From Phoronis australis (taxonomy: Eukaryota; Animalia; Phoronida), in NCBI GenBank assembly GCA_002633005.1, contig NMRA01000044.1:778074-842073 (forward strand): a DNA stretch of 64,000 nucleotides, written 5' to 3'. The notes under the pieces are model-generated. The model made no database searches and was not told where the DNA came from. It saw only the letters and a program-made list of their open reading frames with translations. A program made the translations under genes and the position numbers. Below are positions 1-12,711 of this stretch, piece by piece; the first letter of the stretch is position 1; the number at the start of each line of letters is the position of its first letter.

Positions 1-121
1 CTAATTACATATTTTCACGATTATCTTCATACAGCTAGCTGGCTGGCTTCCCATCTCCTATGAGCCTGGTGAGTTCCGTGAGTATGACGTATGCTCCTGA
101 GTCTCTCATTCATTTCTATTA

Positions 122-460
122 GGTGCAGGCGCTGGATTGTTACTATCAGACGAGTGGACCTCATGAGTAAACATGCAAGCTACTTGTCAAAGACTTGCAA
201 GATCTGCTGTCATCACGTTGAGGAATTAATGTGTATGAATGCTAGAACAAAAAAACAAGCTGGTGTGGGATGCATTGCCAACTGTATTTGACGTTTCAAA
301 TCCTTCAAAACAAAAGATATCAAAAAGGTATCCTTTCACACCACGTGCCCCTCCAACATCGACTTTATGTAGTCTGACTCCCTCTGAGACATGTGGGGTT
401 GAATCTCCTGACTCTGTCTTTATTGACAATGTTGTTGAGGGAGAAACCAGTTCAGGTGGT
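122..460 (+). pseudogene. Frameshifted THAP zinc-finger fragment (DNA-transposon derived)
   Basis: RCRRWIVTIRRVDL..YLSKTCKICCHH, then a frameshift to KLVWDALPTVFDV (AVPT-like box); flanked by ttag and gtaag splice-like sites. Confidence 0.6.
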
Positions 461-1075
461 AAGTTACTATTGTTAATTGTGACTTGTTGATAAGGAGTAC
501 ATGAGAAACAACCGTTAGGGTGAGACTACTTTAAATTTAAATCATTGATTGACATCTCTCCAACTTTCACTTGATAGTAGTCATCGTCTTATTCACCCAG
601 TCATTATTTTGGACTCGTTTGCTCTAGAATACAAAATACATAAAATGAAGAAGAAAATGAAGCAATTGAAGATGCAGGTGTATATTGATCAGTTGATACT
701 ATTGAAGTTGTGTTGTTTTTGCCTTTTGTTATGTTTAACTAGAAAAGCATAAGTCTTTTTTATACAATCTCCCTGCTTGCATGTTTCATCACCTGACCTG
801 TAATTATCTGAGCCCCTCAAACTACACAGCGCATTAATCAATAGGCTTATCTTCTGAGTCTGCATTCACTCTGAGCAAATGCAGTAACCCAAAACAAATT
901 GAGTTTCAATATGAAGCACTTTTACAGGGCCCTGTGGTACAACAGCCTTTTCTATTGTTGCACACATAATTTCAGAGGACAAGGGGTGTCTAAGAGAACT
1001 AGTCAGATTTGTGTTTTAAGTACTTAGTCAATGACCAAAATGCTTGCTGTCTTGTGATTGTAAAGACTTAATCTT

Positions 1076-1112
1076 TTTTGTTTTGTTTTGTTTTGTTTTG
1101 TTCTTGGTTTTG
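1076..1112. repeat. (TTTTG)n microsatellite
   Basis: Seen directly. Confidence 0.8.
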
Positions 1113-4100
1113 GTTGGTAATTGTAATTCATAAAGTATTGAATAACACTTTCATGTGTGAGATGTGGTTATGAGGTTATGTATACCATACAAATCATAAA
1201 AAATCTAGTCTCCTATTGTGCATGTTTTTTCTGAACATCAGACTGCACTTCACGTTGAAAACATTCAACAGAAACCTCCTCAGTAAAAGAAATGAAAGAA
1301 AAGTTCTTAAGTTTAGACATCTTTAAAATGTTTTAACATTTTACAGTAACCACCAATTTCAAATCCAGTTTTTGATATCTTTTCAAAATAGATGTGCTTT
1401 CGTGCGTTGTTCTACGGCATAATTGACATATACATTGTGCGCTGTAATTTTCGCTTACTTATCTGATTATTCACCGATGTATTGACTCGGTTTGCTCTGT
1501 CTGTTAAAGATACAATTGCTTGGCATGAGATCACACTGGCTTTATCTCTTATGTATGTTAGGGAGCATCAGAATAAAATACAGTGTTGTGGTAATGATGA
1601 ATTGTCTTGCTTTCTTATTCTTACTCGTGTTACAACTACTGCACAAACCAAGTGTCTGGTGTCTGTACCGGTAGCAGCCTGGCGTATTCAATAGGGAACA
1701 CATTCAAAATTGTTGGGTGGATATGAAAGGAGAAGTCAGGTGGGAGTACTTTCTAATAAAAAGTTGAAAAACACCAAGGGTGGTACTGGGCCATGATGGC
1801 CACCAGTCATTACATGCAAATGTTCTTGGGAGTCATGCACACAACGAGGGCCAAATCTTATCACCACCTCAGCACATGTTGTCAATGGTCAGGGACGGGA
1901 GCAACCAAAATTTGTGACGATAGAAGGGTCGATTCAACACTCAAGTGGTACACTCCGTTGGTTTTTACCTTTTTAGCACTATTCCTATGCATTCCTCCCT
2001 GGGAGGGGATCAATACCCATTTGGCGCCCAGCTGGTTTTACCTGGTTTGCACTGCTCCCTTGGACCCCTTTCCGTGCTGGCAACTGACTGCAACTTCCCC
2101 TGAACCCCCAGCCGAGCAATCACTAAAATTAGGTAGTCCATGGAGGTATGAAATGTTATAAGGAACGATAATTTGTCTTATTAAGAACTCAAACATGAAA
2201 CAAAACCATGTTGGCTTTTGAAGGGAGCTTCAGAGAATAAACACAAATACACTTTAATATTGATTAAGACACACATTTTCATTCTCATTCGATTATAAAT
2301 AGATCTTATGTTTCAATCATTTTCTATCACATAGTAATTTTATTGTACGTCGAACGTCATTAAAGTATGAATTTATAGGTGTTTACATTGTTCGGACTGC
2401 GCTCCTAAGTAAGTGTTGATTATTCACCGCTTGGGGCGCTAGTATTTCGACCGGTAACCATTGCGGCGAATGACAAAATGGCGGAGTGAACTCTCTTATA
2501 TTACTACACTCTTTGCTACTACTAGTGTTGGTGTCTTGAAATGCTGCCATGCGTTTTTCTATGCCTTTTCAATTTTTGTTCTAACGCTTAGTCTTCTAGA
2601 GTACTATAACAGGACATGTTATTAATGAAGCCAGCTGGGCAAAGTAGCCATTTTCCTGCACAAACGTTTGTGACACATCCTTCACGTGACACCCGACAAA
2701 CAAACAAGATGTCAGAGGCAAAAACACTGTCGCTAAACAATGTTCCGGGTGGAATCAATTTTTGTTTTTGCACCCTCCGAAAACGCTTCGACCAACACAA
2801 CAGGCGATGCTTTTCAGCAGAGAATTGTACGTTCATGTTTGAGGAAAAGTATTTTGGAGCCAGCGAAAATCCGAAGAACCCCATGATATTGAACTTCACC
2901 CGACAAGTGACAAGGCCATTGATGCGATATGGTCATGTAAAGCTGGGTATGTACCTCAAAGTCAAATTATCTGTTCAACACCATAGATTTCAGGGTCTTT
3001 CGAACAATATCAGTAAAGGTTCACTGATATTTTTATTCTGTCGCCTGTTTAATTCCGTCAAATGAAAAGTAGGTCATGGTTGGTGGGACTCCCCGAGTAA
3101 AGTAAGTCAAGTCCATAGCATTGTTTACGCTTTTCTAATCTTCTAACGAAATATTTTGATTAAATAGCTCATGTTCATAGCTCAAGTACTCACTCACCTT
3201 GTCCTAGGCAAGCAGTTAGATCCGGTACATATGTCTAGGGCTGTGTCCACGACAATTTAATGCATGGAATTAGGCGCAATTGCACCATTAAGACATTCAG
3301 GTTAGGTCTACCTTCTGATGAACTTCGCATTTTTTGTAGTTTCTTTTCAAAAAGGTATCGTTCAGTTAATTTTAACGTACCGTGATCACTTTGGTTATAA
3401 AAGATGGTGTAAGTGCCAAAAAATGGCTATTTACAAAAGTAACTCAAATTCTTTTTTAAAGCTTCATAAATCTAAATACTATGTTTGAACAACTTAAAAT
3501 GAGCTGTCGCTAATTCTACAGACAAAAAGGTTCTGATCAAAAAGTAATTCAACTGTTTATTTTTTCGGGATTTAAGTTCAGTAATCCAATGCCATTCCTG
3601 TGCCGTTCGAATCTTTTAATTTTGGAAAGCAGTTGAACGCCAGCCGACGGGTACATACGAGTAACACAAAATGTATCTCTGCTACGAAACAAAACAATGT
3701 CCATTAGGTCGAAATATATGAAAAATAATATAAGTGTCCCTAAAAACAACAATTTCCAAGGACATTCTGCTAGGATCCAGCAGGTGCCTGTACAAAGGCG
3801 GCCAGAGGAGTGCAACTCCGGAGTCAAAATCAGATAGGCATACGCTGTAGCCACCAAACTGAAAACTGGGTATCTTGAAACAAATATGTTTGCGTATAAC
3901 CTTCGAGTAATCCAGCAATATTGCACAGTTTAGCTGCTCGTGTGGCAGTCCACACCCGGTTTTTGTCGATCGTTTACACAGTTGACATTTTTTTCGGCTA
4001 AGGGAATGCCCAAAAATGACGGGATACTCTTCTCGAGCTGCGTAACGGCTTTCAGGATTCTACCCGCCATATCAACATTGTTTCACCATTCTTATCGCAC

Positions 4101-4906
4101 AATTTCTTGAGCTATAGTCTAAAATACGTTTTACACAACAACGTGTTGTTTGTCGAGTAAAATAGCGGCTGGGAAAAGCAGACAAAGAAGTGTCGAAAAT
4201 GCTGCGTTCTAATTGGTCAGTTAAGCAGTCAGTCTTGACACGCGACCTCTGTGTGCAGTTAGGCACCCAGCTCGCAACAAATATTGGACGCTATTGGAGA
4301 TCTGGATTTCTTCGGGGCAGAAAGGTCAATGAGATGGACAATTGTTTCCAAACTTAGCAAATAAGTTAACCCTCATTCTGATACCATTTTTAATTCACGA
4401 TTTCACGAGAAATTTGAAAAAATTGACCATTTTGGAAAACATTGAAAATAGTAATTCTGCCAGCTTTCACTTGTTGGTTACTCTCACTTTCTGAGACAAG
4501 GTATTAGTGAATCTTGTTGTTCCTAGAACTGTTTGTGCCCTTAGCGTATCCCTCATACGTACGTCAAAGTGTAGCAAGTCGCGACGTGACAAATGACACG
4601 GTGACAACTGTCTCTCGTGTTTCATGATCTAGAATCTGCATTAGTCTATATTAGGATTAAGTTCAGTTTTACCTAGTTTGGCGTGTGTCACTTCACTTAT
4701 TACCTTAGAACTAGTTGCAGTCATCCTCGTTGTTTTTATCTGTTCCGACTATCCACCTCCCTAGCCAAACCTCATTTTCTCCTACACCATGCTTTCCAAA
4801 TTTTTCTTGGCCTTTTCTTATGACCATATCAAACAGGTTCTTTTCATTTCATTTCATATCCCCAACTGTTTTCGTTGCAACCAAAGCAAATGTCTGCATC
4901 AGTATT

Positions 4907-4912
4907 TTTATT
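4907..4912 (-). terminator. Polyadenylation signal AATAAA, copy A
   Basis: About 140 nt after the stop; retained at the paralogous position in all three copies. Confidence 0.6.
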
Positions 4913-5049
4913 CATTACATCGCTTAATGGAGTAAACCGTTCTACATTCTGCTCAATTGCTTCTCTAAGTCTTACTTGACAACTTTTACAATTTCTGTTT
5001 CAATTTCTTAAGAATTTTGTGTGCACTAATGCTTCTACCACGACCCCAC

Positions 5050-5246
5050 TTAGACGGGGCATTTAACATTGCAAGGGAAGTCGCAGCGACACAACCTAGT
5101 GGTGAACTGCAAACCCGCTGGACAGGCTTGAGTGGAAGCATCTTGTCCGGCAACGGATTCTTGGAATGTGGAGCAGCCGCTATTTGGGACGTAGTGGTAT
5201 GGAATGCATTCTATCGTCCGATCACAATACAAAGGATCTACGACGG
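5050..5246 (-). CDS. Copy A exon 4: chitin-binding (CBM14/peritrophin-A-like) domain and stop
   Basis: Acceptor ttgcag; AVVDPLYCDRTIECIPYHYVPNSGCSTFQESVAGQDASTQACPAGLQFTTRLCRCDFPCNVKCPV*. Confidence 0.85.
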
Positions 5247-8200
5247 CTGCAACAAAGACAACGTTTTGAGATTGGTAATGATTCATTTGTGTGTTCCGTC
5301 ATTAAAAGGATTTACAAGAATTCCTTTATTTCTGTATGATTACAGGTAATCCCGGTAGCCAAAACAGACAATTTTACAGTCTAGAAATCGATTCAACATT
5401 TTACCATCATTTATGCATCAGGTTAACTTCTGGTAACGTGCAATGGTTCGTTGGTTATTGAAACAAATATCAATTATCAAATAAGATTCCATGACTTACC
5501 TTTGCACACAAGAGGAATGAGTGATTCAACTAAGCTGGTCAAGTTGCCCACCGAAAGCCCAAACACGTTAGATAGTGAGCCCCCTATAGCTGAAATCTCA
5601 TTCCATCCATATTTCCACATGCCAGCACCGATAGCAAACAGAGATATTCCTTTTTGGCGAGCGATGTCTGAATGATTTTTTGCCACCTCCAAGCTCGTCT
5701 GACCGTCAGTCACCACTATACCAATCTTCTTTGCATTTGGTCTGCCTCCTCTTGCGGCAGTGAAATATGTCTTGTACATTTCTTCAATAGCTATCCCACT
5801 CCGCGAGTCTGTGACACATGTCTTAACTGCAGGGACACTGGGAGACTTCAAAGCCTACAAGATTGCATCAAGTAAACAGCAATGACATCAAAGTATTAGA
5901 AACAATTCAGACAGAGTACAGGGGTCATCTGTGCAAACAACCTGTGCAATATTCGGTGTCAGATATTGGTCTTATTAAACAAAATCAAATTTTATAATAC
6001 TAATATCTGAATTTTTTTCAAAATTCACATTCATCTTCATAGCAGTGGCAAAGCAAATAACGCAGGTTGGAGGAACAAAATACTGCTATTACTGTGAACT
6101 ATTTTGACGAAAGCTTTGAGTGTCTTTTTGCCTGTTCACAAAATTGCAGCATGACAATAAGTCTGTCACGGGTACACCCCCTCAGTGCTCTCGTTACGAT
6201 TGGTCAAGTGAGTGCGGATACCCATTTTCATGCACTACGCTCGCTTGCATTCGTTAAAACACTACCCCCAGCACACCCCAATCTCACCCTTTATCTAGAT
6301 AATATAATACTACGTTGAATATCACTTTTTATACGGACAATAGATGTACGTTTTCTGCCTTTGTACAGTTACATTCTGTGGCAGTCTAAGTGACCAGAGC
6401 CGGCCAAGGTTTAAAAACAGGCTTGAGTGTTTCGGGAAATGACCATAGGGAGCAGAAACGGTTTTGTATCAAGTCGTAATGTCAACTCACACAATAGGGA
6501 ACTCACATTGAGTAACGTGACGTTGGTTTGGTAGTGGTTCAAATCAAAACATTTCCCGTTGTGCGGGAAGGAAATGACTCCAACTTGGAATGCCTTCGGT
6601 CCAATCTCGAACGCCGACACGGTGTCGTGTAACACCGACAGTACGTGACCATAGTTGCCGCCCATGCTGCCCGAGTTGTCGATAGCAATCATCACGTCCG
6701 CTTGGCCATTGCAGAGGGATTCCACTGAAGAATAAGAAAGTATGTTCTGCGTGGAACTAAAGTGATATAGACCCACTTCCGTCCAAGAAGTGAACTTTTG
6801 ACTTAGACCACTTGGCTTTGTAGAATTGGTTTTCAGTTTTGTCTTACTCGGACGGGAAGTATTGTCTGGGCTTGCAAAGAACTAGTAGCTCGCAATTCCT
6901 TGAGATAATGCTTTCTTAGAGCATAAAATGAAAGGCCGTGACATGTTGCCATGTAGGGCCTGGTCTCGAATAAAAACGAATTGTGAGTTTTTTGGAAGTC
7001 AAATCCACTTTTACTAGGAATCAATTTTAGACTAATTTTAATAAGTTAGGTGGACTAGATCAAAAATTATATTTAGTGATGGAAGGCGGATTTTCAGCTG
7101 CTTTAAACGCCTGCTAATCTGTTCAGTCTCTCTTTAGCTTACTTTTAGTTGTAACTTGCAAATGCTTTAATTAGTCGCGTTCAAAATCTTTCTAAAAATA
7201 AAACTGCTGCACTAAAACGTTAGAATTCCACCTATGTAAAAAGTAATTGATGTATTTTAGGCGAATTGTAAAACTGGAAAAAGGTGTAAAACTTCTTGCA
7301 AACATCTAGAACGGAAGCATACAACGAGTGAGTGGGAGCCGGTGCAGCTGTGTGATTAAAGATACCGTTTACCTTCTCGCCAGTTCAGAGTACAACATTA
7401 AAATTCTAATCCGAACGCCAAGGCCATCTGAAGCAAGCGACGCAGTACCGAATAAAGTTACAAGATTACAGATATCCTAAGTATGTTGAAATTCTCAGGT
7501 TTCATCTTTTATCGAATCGTGATCGTTTACAGCAGTAGGAAGCACAAAATGAGACTTTGGTGGAACTTAATTTTTGTACTTCAGCTTAGGCTCTTTCCGA
7601 AACCAGCAACGTATCAAAGAATTTCTACCAAAATAACAGCAAATGTGTTAAAGTCGTTTAATCAATTTGAAACAGAATCTCATTATGTATTTTCACTGTT
7701 TTCAGCTCTGGTTACAAAACTTTGCACAAAACCCCAAGTCACACGAATTCCTGAGTAAGTTTGCATGCAATAGCAGAGAAGGAAGTTATCTTATAGCCTT
7801 TCTATAAAATTCATAAGGCCAGAGTTCAAGTCACAGGAACAACTTATGAGGTGTTTTAGGTCATGCGATAGTGTTGAAGTTCTGACGTTCTAATCGTGTC
7901 TTGAGATCGTCTTATAGTTATAGTCATTATCAAAATGTTTTATTTCGTAAGTCGCTAGGGCAGCAGTACTTACACACATCACTCTCCAGTCATTGGGTCA
8001 TTGGTAGGGAGGAACTTACAACTTGCGGCCCATTTTGGAGAACATATACACATTTCTTTTATCCAAAACTATGTGTCCAAGTTTCGTATCACCTACACCA
8101 TGTTTGGAACAGGTTGACGCATTCAACATGACAGTAATACCAAGAAGACAACTGCACCTTCTACATCTGGAAGAAGATCAAGCGGTTGTAACCACTGTTT

Positions 8201-11200
8201 TGGTTACGCAGTCAGAAGGTGCTAGAAAGAAAAGGGCGACGCTGGTGGCTGCAACTGTTAATCCGAAGTGTCACCTCTCTTCGATGAGCTGGACCTCGAA
8301 CAACCCGAAGTTTTAGCATCTTCGGGGTGAACCATTGCCTGATAACCGGCTTGTCGTCTATCGGGCCAGAGCCCAACTTTTCCGTGTGTAGGCATGTAAT
8401 TAGCAAAATGTCATATTTATCATGAGATTCAAAAGGCGGGAATATGACAAGGGTTACATACCCATGCACCTTATCCACTCACCACAACATTAACCTTGAC
8501 ACCTGCTCCCAGTTTTGCCTGCACGATTAGCAAAAAGGCCTGGGTTCGAGCCCCGGTCGGTACAGAGGTCATTTCAGTGCACAAAAGGGAGGGAGCGTGG
8601 GAAAGGTATTAATCGGTTGACTTGAGATTTTGTGGTACCTAGGGTAGGGAGCGTGGGAGAGGTATGAAATTGTCTAATTAGGAAAGGTTACGAGTGAATG
8701 TACTGTGGCTTGAGGCTGGGCCAACAGGAAGCTGGAGAGAAAGAACAAACAGCGCTACCATCGGACTTGGCAGGAACTAATTAGGAGTTGGATATGAAGC
8801 ATGAAGGGCTGTATAATATTTTCCCAAATAATACGATTTATGTCAGAGTGCCATAAATCTCATTATTGGGGACAAATAAAACAACAAGAATAATATATAT
8901 TTTAAGTTGTATTGGGGGAGAGAGAGAGAGAGAGAGAGANNNNNNNNNNNNNNNNNNNNNNNNNNNNNNNNNNNNNNNNNNNNNNNNNNNNNNNNNNNNN
9001 NNNNNNNNNNNNNNNNNNNNNNNNNNNNNNNNNNNNNNNNNNNNNNNNNNNNNNNNNNNNNNNNNNNNNNNNNNNNNNNNNNNNNNNNNNNNNNNNNNNN
9101 NNNNNNNNNNNNNNNNNNNNNNNNNNNNNNNNNNNNNNNNNNNNNNNNNNNNNNNNNNNNNNNNNNNNNNNNNNNNNNNNNNNNNNNNNNNNNNNNNNNN
9201 NNNNGTATTTCGTTGTTGTTTATAAGTCGAGGAATCTGAAATCTAATACAGGCTCTTGATGACAATTTGTTGGACGGAGGAATTAAAATTTTGGGTTGTA
9301 TTGTCGGTATAGTAGCTGAGTATTGATTCAGGTATGTAGGAGTTTTAATGTGTCTGGTTGGCTTATATTGGATGGGTTTACTAAAGAAGTTGTTACTGTA
9401 AAAATACTTAGGAAGCTGAGTATTGAGGAATTTGTAGTAAAATTTTGCAGTTGAGATTTTAAAGATGTCTTGAACTAGAGGGAGGCGAAGTTCCTTACAT
9501 ATGGGCAGAGAGTGAGCATTATAACTGGAATTTGATATATTCCTAAGGATTCTTTTCTGGGCTGTCTGAAGTTTCTTAGTGTTGCCAAAACCCCAAGTTG
9601 AAATGCCATAGTTTAAATGTGGAAGGACAAGTGAATTATATATCAACTTGAGAGCTGGAAGAGGAAGATAAGATTTCAATTTGTATAAGAGTCCACCGAG
9701 ATTGTTAAGTTTGTTTGAGATGAGGTTAATGTGGGGGACCATGAGAGGTTTTTGTCAACAGTAATACCAAGGAAATGAAAATTGTTCACATGGCATAATG
9801 TTTTGCTATTTATATAAATGGTGGGAATAATACATTTTTCAATTTTCTTTTGGGGGTAGTGGACGATCATTAATTTACTTTTTGATGTGTCAATTGAAAG
9901 TTTTTTCACAGAAAACCAGTCTGAAATAGATTTAAGGTTGTTGTTGATGGTGGTTGATTGCTGTAAAGTGTGTTGGGAAGATTCAGTCAGTTTGTAAGGT
10001 GTGACGAGGCAAGTTTCGTCAGCATAAAGAAGTGTGTCCATGGTAGAAGAAAACGAAAGATCATTTATGTAAACTAGGAAGAGAAGTGGGCCAAGGACAG
10101 AGCCTTGGGGAACTCCGGTAGATATTGGTAACCAACTGGAAGTTGTATCACTTAGTGAAACATATTGAGTGCGGTTTAAGAGATAACTTTTAAACAGTGT
10201 ATATTCAACTCCAATACAATAGTGATTTATCTTTTGCAAGAGTATTTGGTGGTCTATTGTGTCGAAAGCTTTTGAGAGATCTATAAAGATGACCAGGGGA
10301 TTCATGTCATTATCAAGATGGGAACAAATGTGGTCTAAAAGTTCAAGCGAAGCAAGTTCTGTAGAGTGACATTTCCTAAAACCATATTGATGTTTATTAA
10401 GTATGTCATTTTCATTTAGGAAAGTTGAAAGTTGATTATGGATAATTTTTTCTATAATTTTTGAGATTGTTGGAAGAATAGAAATGGGTCTATAATTGCC
10501 CGGGTGCTGTGGGTCCAAACCATGTTGTTTAAAAACTGGGATCACCTTAGCAATCTTTAGAATATCTGGAAATATACCAGTGTGCAAGCACTGGTTGATG
10601 ATGGTCTTGAGAGGTTCAATTACAAAAGGACTCCTTATTTTGATAATTTTAGATGATAAATTGTCATGACCAGTGCTATTTTTTGCGTCCATGTCTCTTA
10701 TAATATATAGTACATGTTTATTATTAATTGGTTTGAAATAGAACTTAAATTTGTTTGGCGTGGGAATATAGTCTTTGAAATTCTTGTTTTTATCATAGTT
10801 ATTGATTTAGAAAGGGATGGGCCGATTTGGGTAAAGTAGGTGTTGAATAAACTTGCCATTTCGAGTAGGTCACTGGTTTTAGTGTTACATGAACGTACGA
10901 GACATTCTGGGGTGTCATTGTTTGTTCGAACGCCGTTGTTCATAACTGTCTTTATTGTATCCCATGTTTTATTTATGTCATAATAGTAAGATTGCTTGGC
11001 GGAATCAATAGTTTTTTTGAGAATCTTGTTGTATACTTTAAGATTGTTTTGGCATGTAGCGTAGGATTGTGTGTTGCGAGGGGTTGTCTTGGTTTGTTTG
11101 TACAGTTTATCTCGGTAACGAATGGAAATTAAAATACCAGGTGTAATCCACGAGTTAAGCGCGTGTTTATGTTTATTATATCTAACATTTTTGGACCAAA

Positions 11201-11785
11201 GTGTTTTTTCGTGAGATATGTCAAAGTATCACTGAGTATTGCGTAGTTGTGATCGGGGTCACAATCTAGGCTGCGGTCTAGCTTTTCCATGATATTACAG
11301 TTCCGTAAGCTATTGAGAAAGTGAGTTTTTGTTGTGGTTGAGTATCAGAAATTCGAGAAATAGAACTTTTAAAAAATTGATTGCAATTACATATTTTGAA
11401 AGAATTAATGTCGCAGAATGAACACTAAATGAAAAAAAAAAACGTTTCGTCCAATATGTTTTGTTTCGACATTTGTTTAATGGCATTTTAAAGTTATGTA
11501 GGACCTTAATAAACGGCCTCTACTCTAGGTCAAATATCTATCAATATATATCGTCAAGCATTAAAAGTATAATTATGTGTTAGTCTAAGTTACCTTCAAT
11601 AAACAGACCCCCAAATGACACATTTTTATGGTCAACGACATTGAAGCAACCAAGCTTAGTCATGGGTAAGTTCGCCTGATTAGCTACGCTAACATTCACT
11701 TAAAAACCCTCAATTTGAAAGATTTCAAAAACTCACCTTGGTTCACTAGAAGAAGTGTGACAAAAGATGTCGCTAGCATCCTCAT
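5050..11785 (-). CDS. Paralogue A: secreted VWA + chitin-binding type-2 (CBM14) protein, 272 aa; complement(join 11737-11785, 6507-6724, 5500-5854, 5050-5246)
   Basis: Manually spliced. All introns are GT-AG with phases 1/0/1, giving an 819-nt open CDS. Signal peptide MRMLATSFVTLLLVNQVES; VWA motifs ADVMIAIDNSGS (DxSxS), GGRPNAKKIGIVVTDG and GISLFAIG; C-terminal C..C..CPAGLQF..CRCD..VKC. The structure is identical in two other copies. Confidence 0.9.
5500..5854 (-). CDS. Copy A exon 3: C-terminal half of VWA domain
   Basis: Acceptor ttgtag, donor gtaagt; RPNAKKIGIVVTDG motif. Confidence 0.9.
6507..6724 (-). CDS. Copy A exon 2: N-terminal half of VWA domain (MIDAS DxSxS)
   Basis: Acceptor cttcag, donor gtgagt; DNSGS motif. 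Confidence 0.9.
8918..8939. repeat. (GA)n microsatellite abutting an assembly gap
   Basis: Seen directly. Confidence 0.9.
8940..9204. other. Assembly gap (N run)
   Basis: N characters. Confidence 1.
9205..11340 (-). mobile_element. 5'-truncated, frameshifted non-LTR retrotransposon (CR1/L2-group) ORF2 reverse transcriptase in intron 1 of copy A
   Basis: Motifs NYRPISIL, QYGFR, FIDLSKAFDTIDH, GVPQGSVLGPLLFLVYINDL, YADE (for YADD), FLGI..D..LSW and LIYNSLVLPHLNYGISTWG across frameshifted ORFs 10698-10943, 9676-10692 and 9205-9742. Confidence 0.9.
11737..11785 (-). CDS. Copy A exon 1: signal peptide
   Basis: ATG at 11785, hydrophobic core, donor gtgagt; conserved in copies B and C. Confidence 0.8.
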
Positions 11786-11990
11786 TTTAACCACAAGTCC
11801 TGAAAGACGGAAAAAGATTAACAAAGCTATGGATATTGACCAATTATTGAAACCTAAGGAAGATCTTTGTGCTTTGATTTGAAACTAAAGGATACCCTAC
11901 CTGTATCTCGTATAGTTTGGTTTCGATATGCGCTTGTACCAATCTGCAATATTCTTACACGCAATCCTGAAAATGTTATTATGTTGCAAA

Positions 11991-11998
11991 TATTTATA
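11991..11998 (-). promoter_or_regulatory. TATA box of copy A (TATAAATA)
   Basis: About 90 nt upstream of a conserved donor (CAG|gtagg at 11901/11900) ending a putative 5' non-coding exon; the position is conserved in B and C. Confidence 0.6.
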
Positions 11999-12711
11999 GT
12001 ACGTCGACATGGCGATTTGCCAAGTGTTCATGTTGATAACTAAAGGCATACGCGAGTATTTCACGAATTTTTTTTTCATCTTATTTGACAGATTATTCAC
12101 AACTTCTTTTACATGGGACTGTTTCCAGGTGACGTGATCTCAACTTGAGTACTACAATTTTAGTATTAAAATCAAACTAAAAACTGGAGCGAAGAAAAAG
12201 ATAAGATAACACACTTTAAACATCACCGAGTTGCAAAAAGAACAGAGTAATATAGACCTTTGCAGAAGGTAGCAGACCTTCGAAGCACAAACTGTCGTTC
12301 TTTGTTACGGCAGTTTTTGATTGTGGGTTTGCTCATACTCTCGTAACCTCAAATTGCAACAATTTATGCAGAAATTGAAAGTGACGTACAATGGAAAATG
12401 GACATTAACACTGAGATATTGGGAATAAACAGTTGCCGTGTTATCGCCGTTCTGTCAACATTGACATCAGGGACTGCTTTACTCATACAGCTTAAAGTCG
12501 TTGTTTTTGATGTAGTTGCAGCGGGTTGTAAATTTTCAAGTGTAAGTACTGCAAAAAACACTCAATGTGTCCACAAAATTGCGACAGTTCGTACTTCTAA
12601 GGTCTGAACAAATTATCTCATTTTGACGGTAACTGGAGTTCGTTCAAATCTATAGACCACAAATTGTGACAATAAAACATTATGGCAGTTTGTCGATCAG
12701 AAGGTTTTTAA

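Noticed and set aside
2616-3065. 149-aa plus-strand ORF
   Set aside because: No recognisable domain or splice structure; lies in probable transposon-derived sequence.
8843-9259. ORFs spanning N runs (also 23702-24274)
   Set aside because: Artefacts of assembly gaps.
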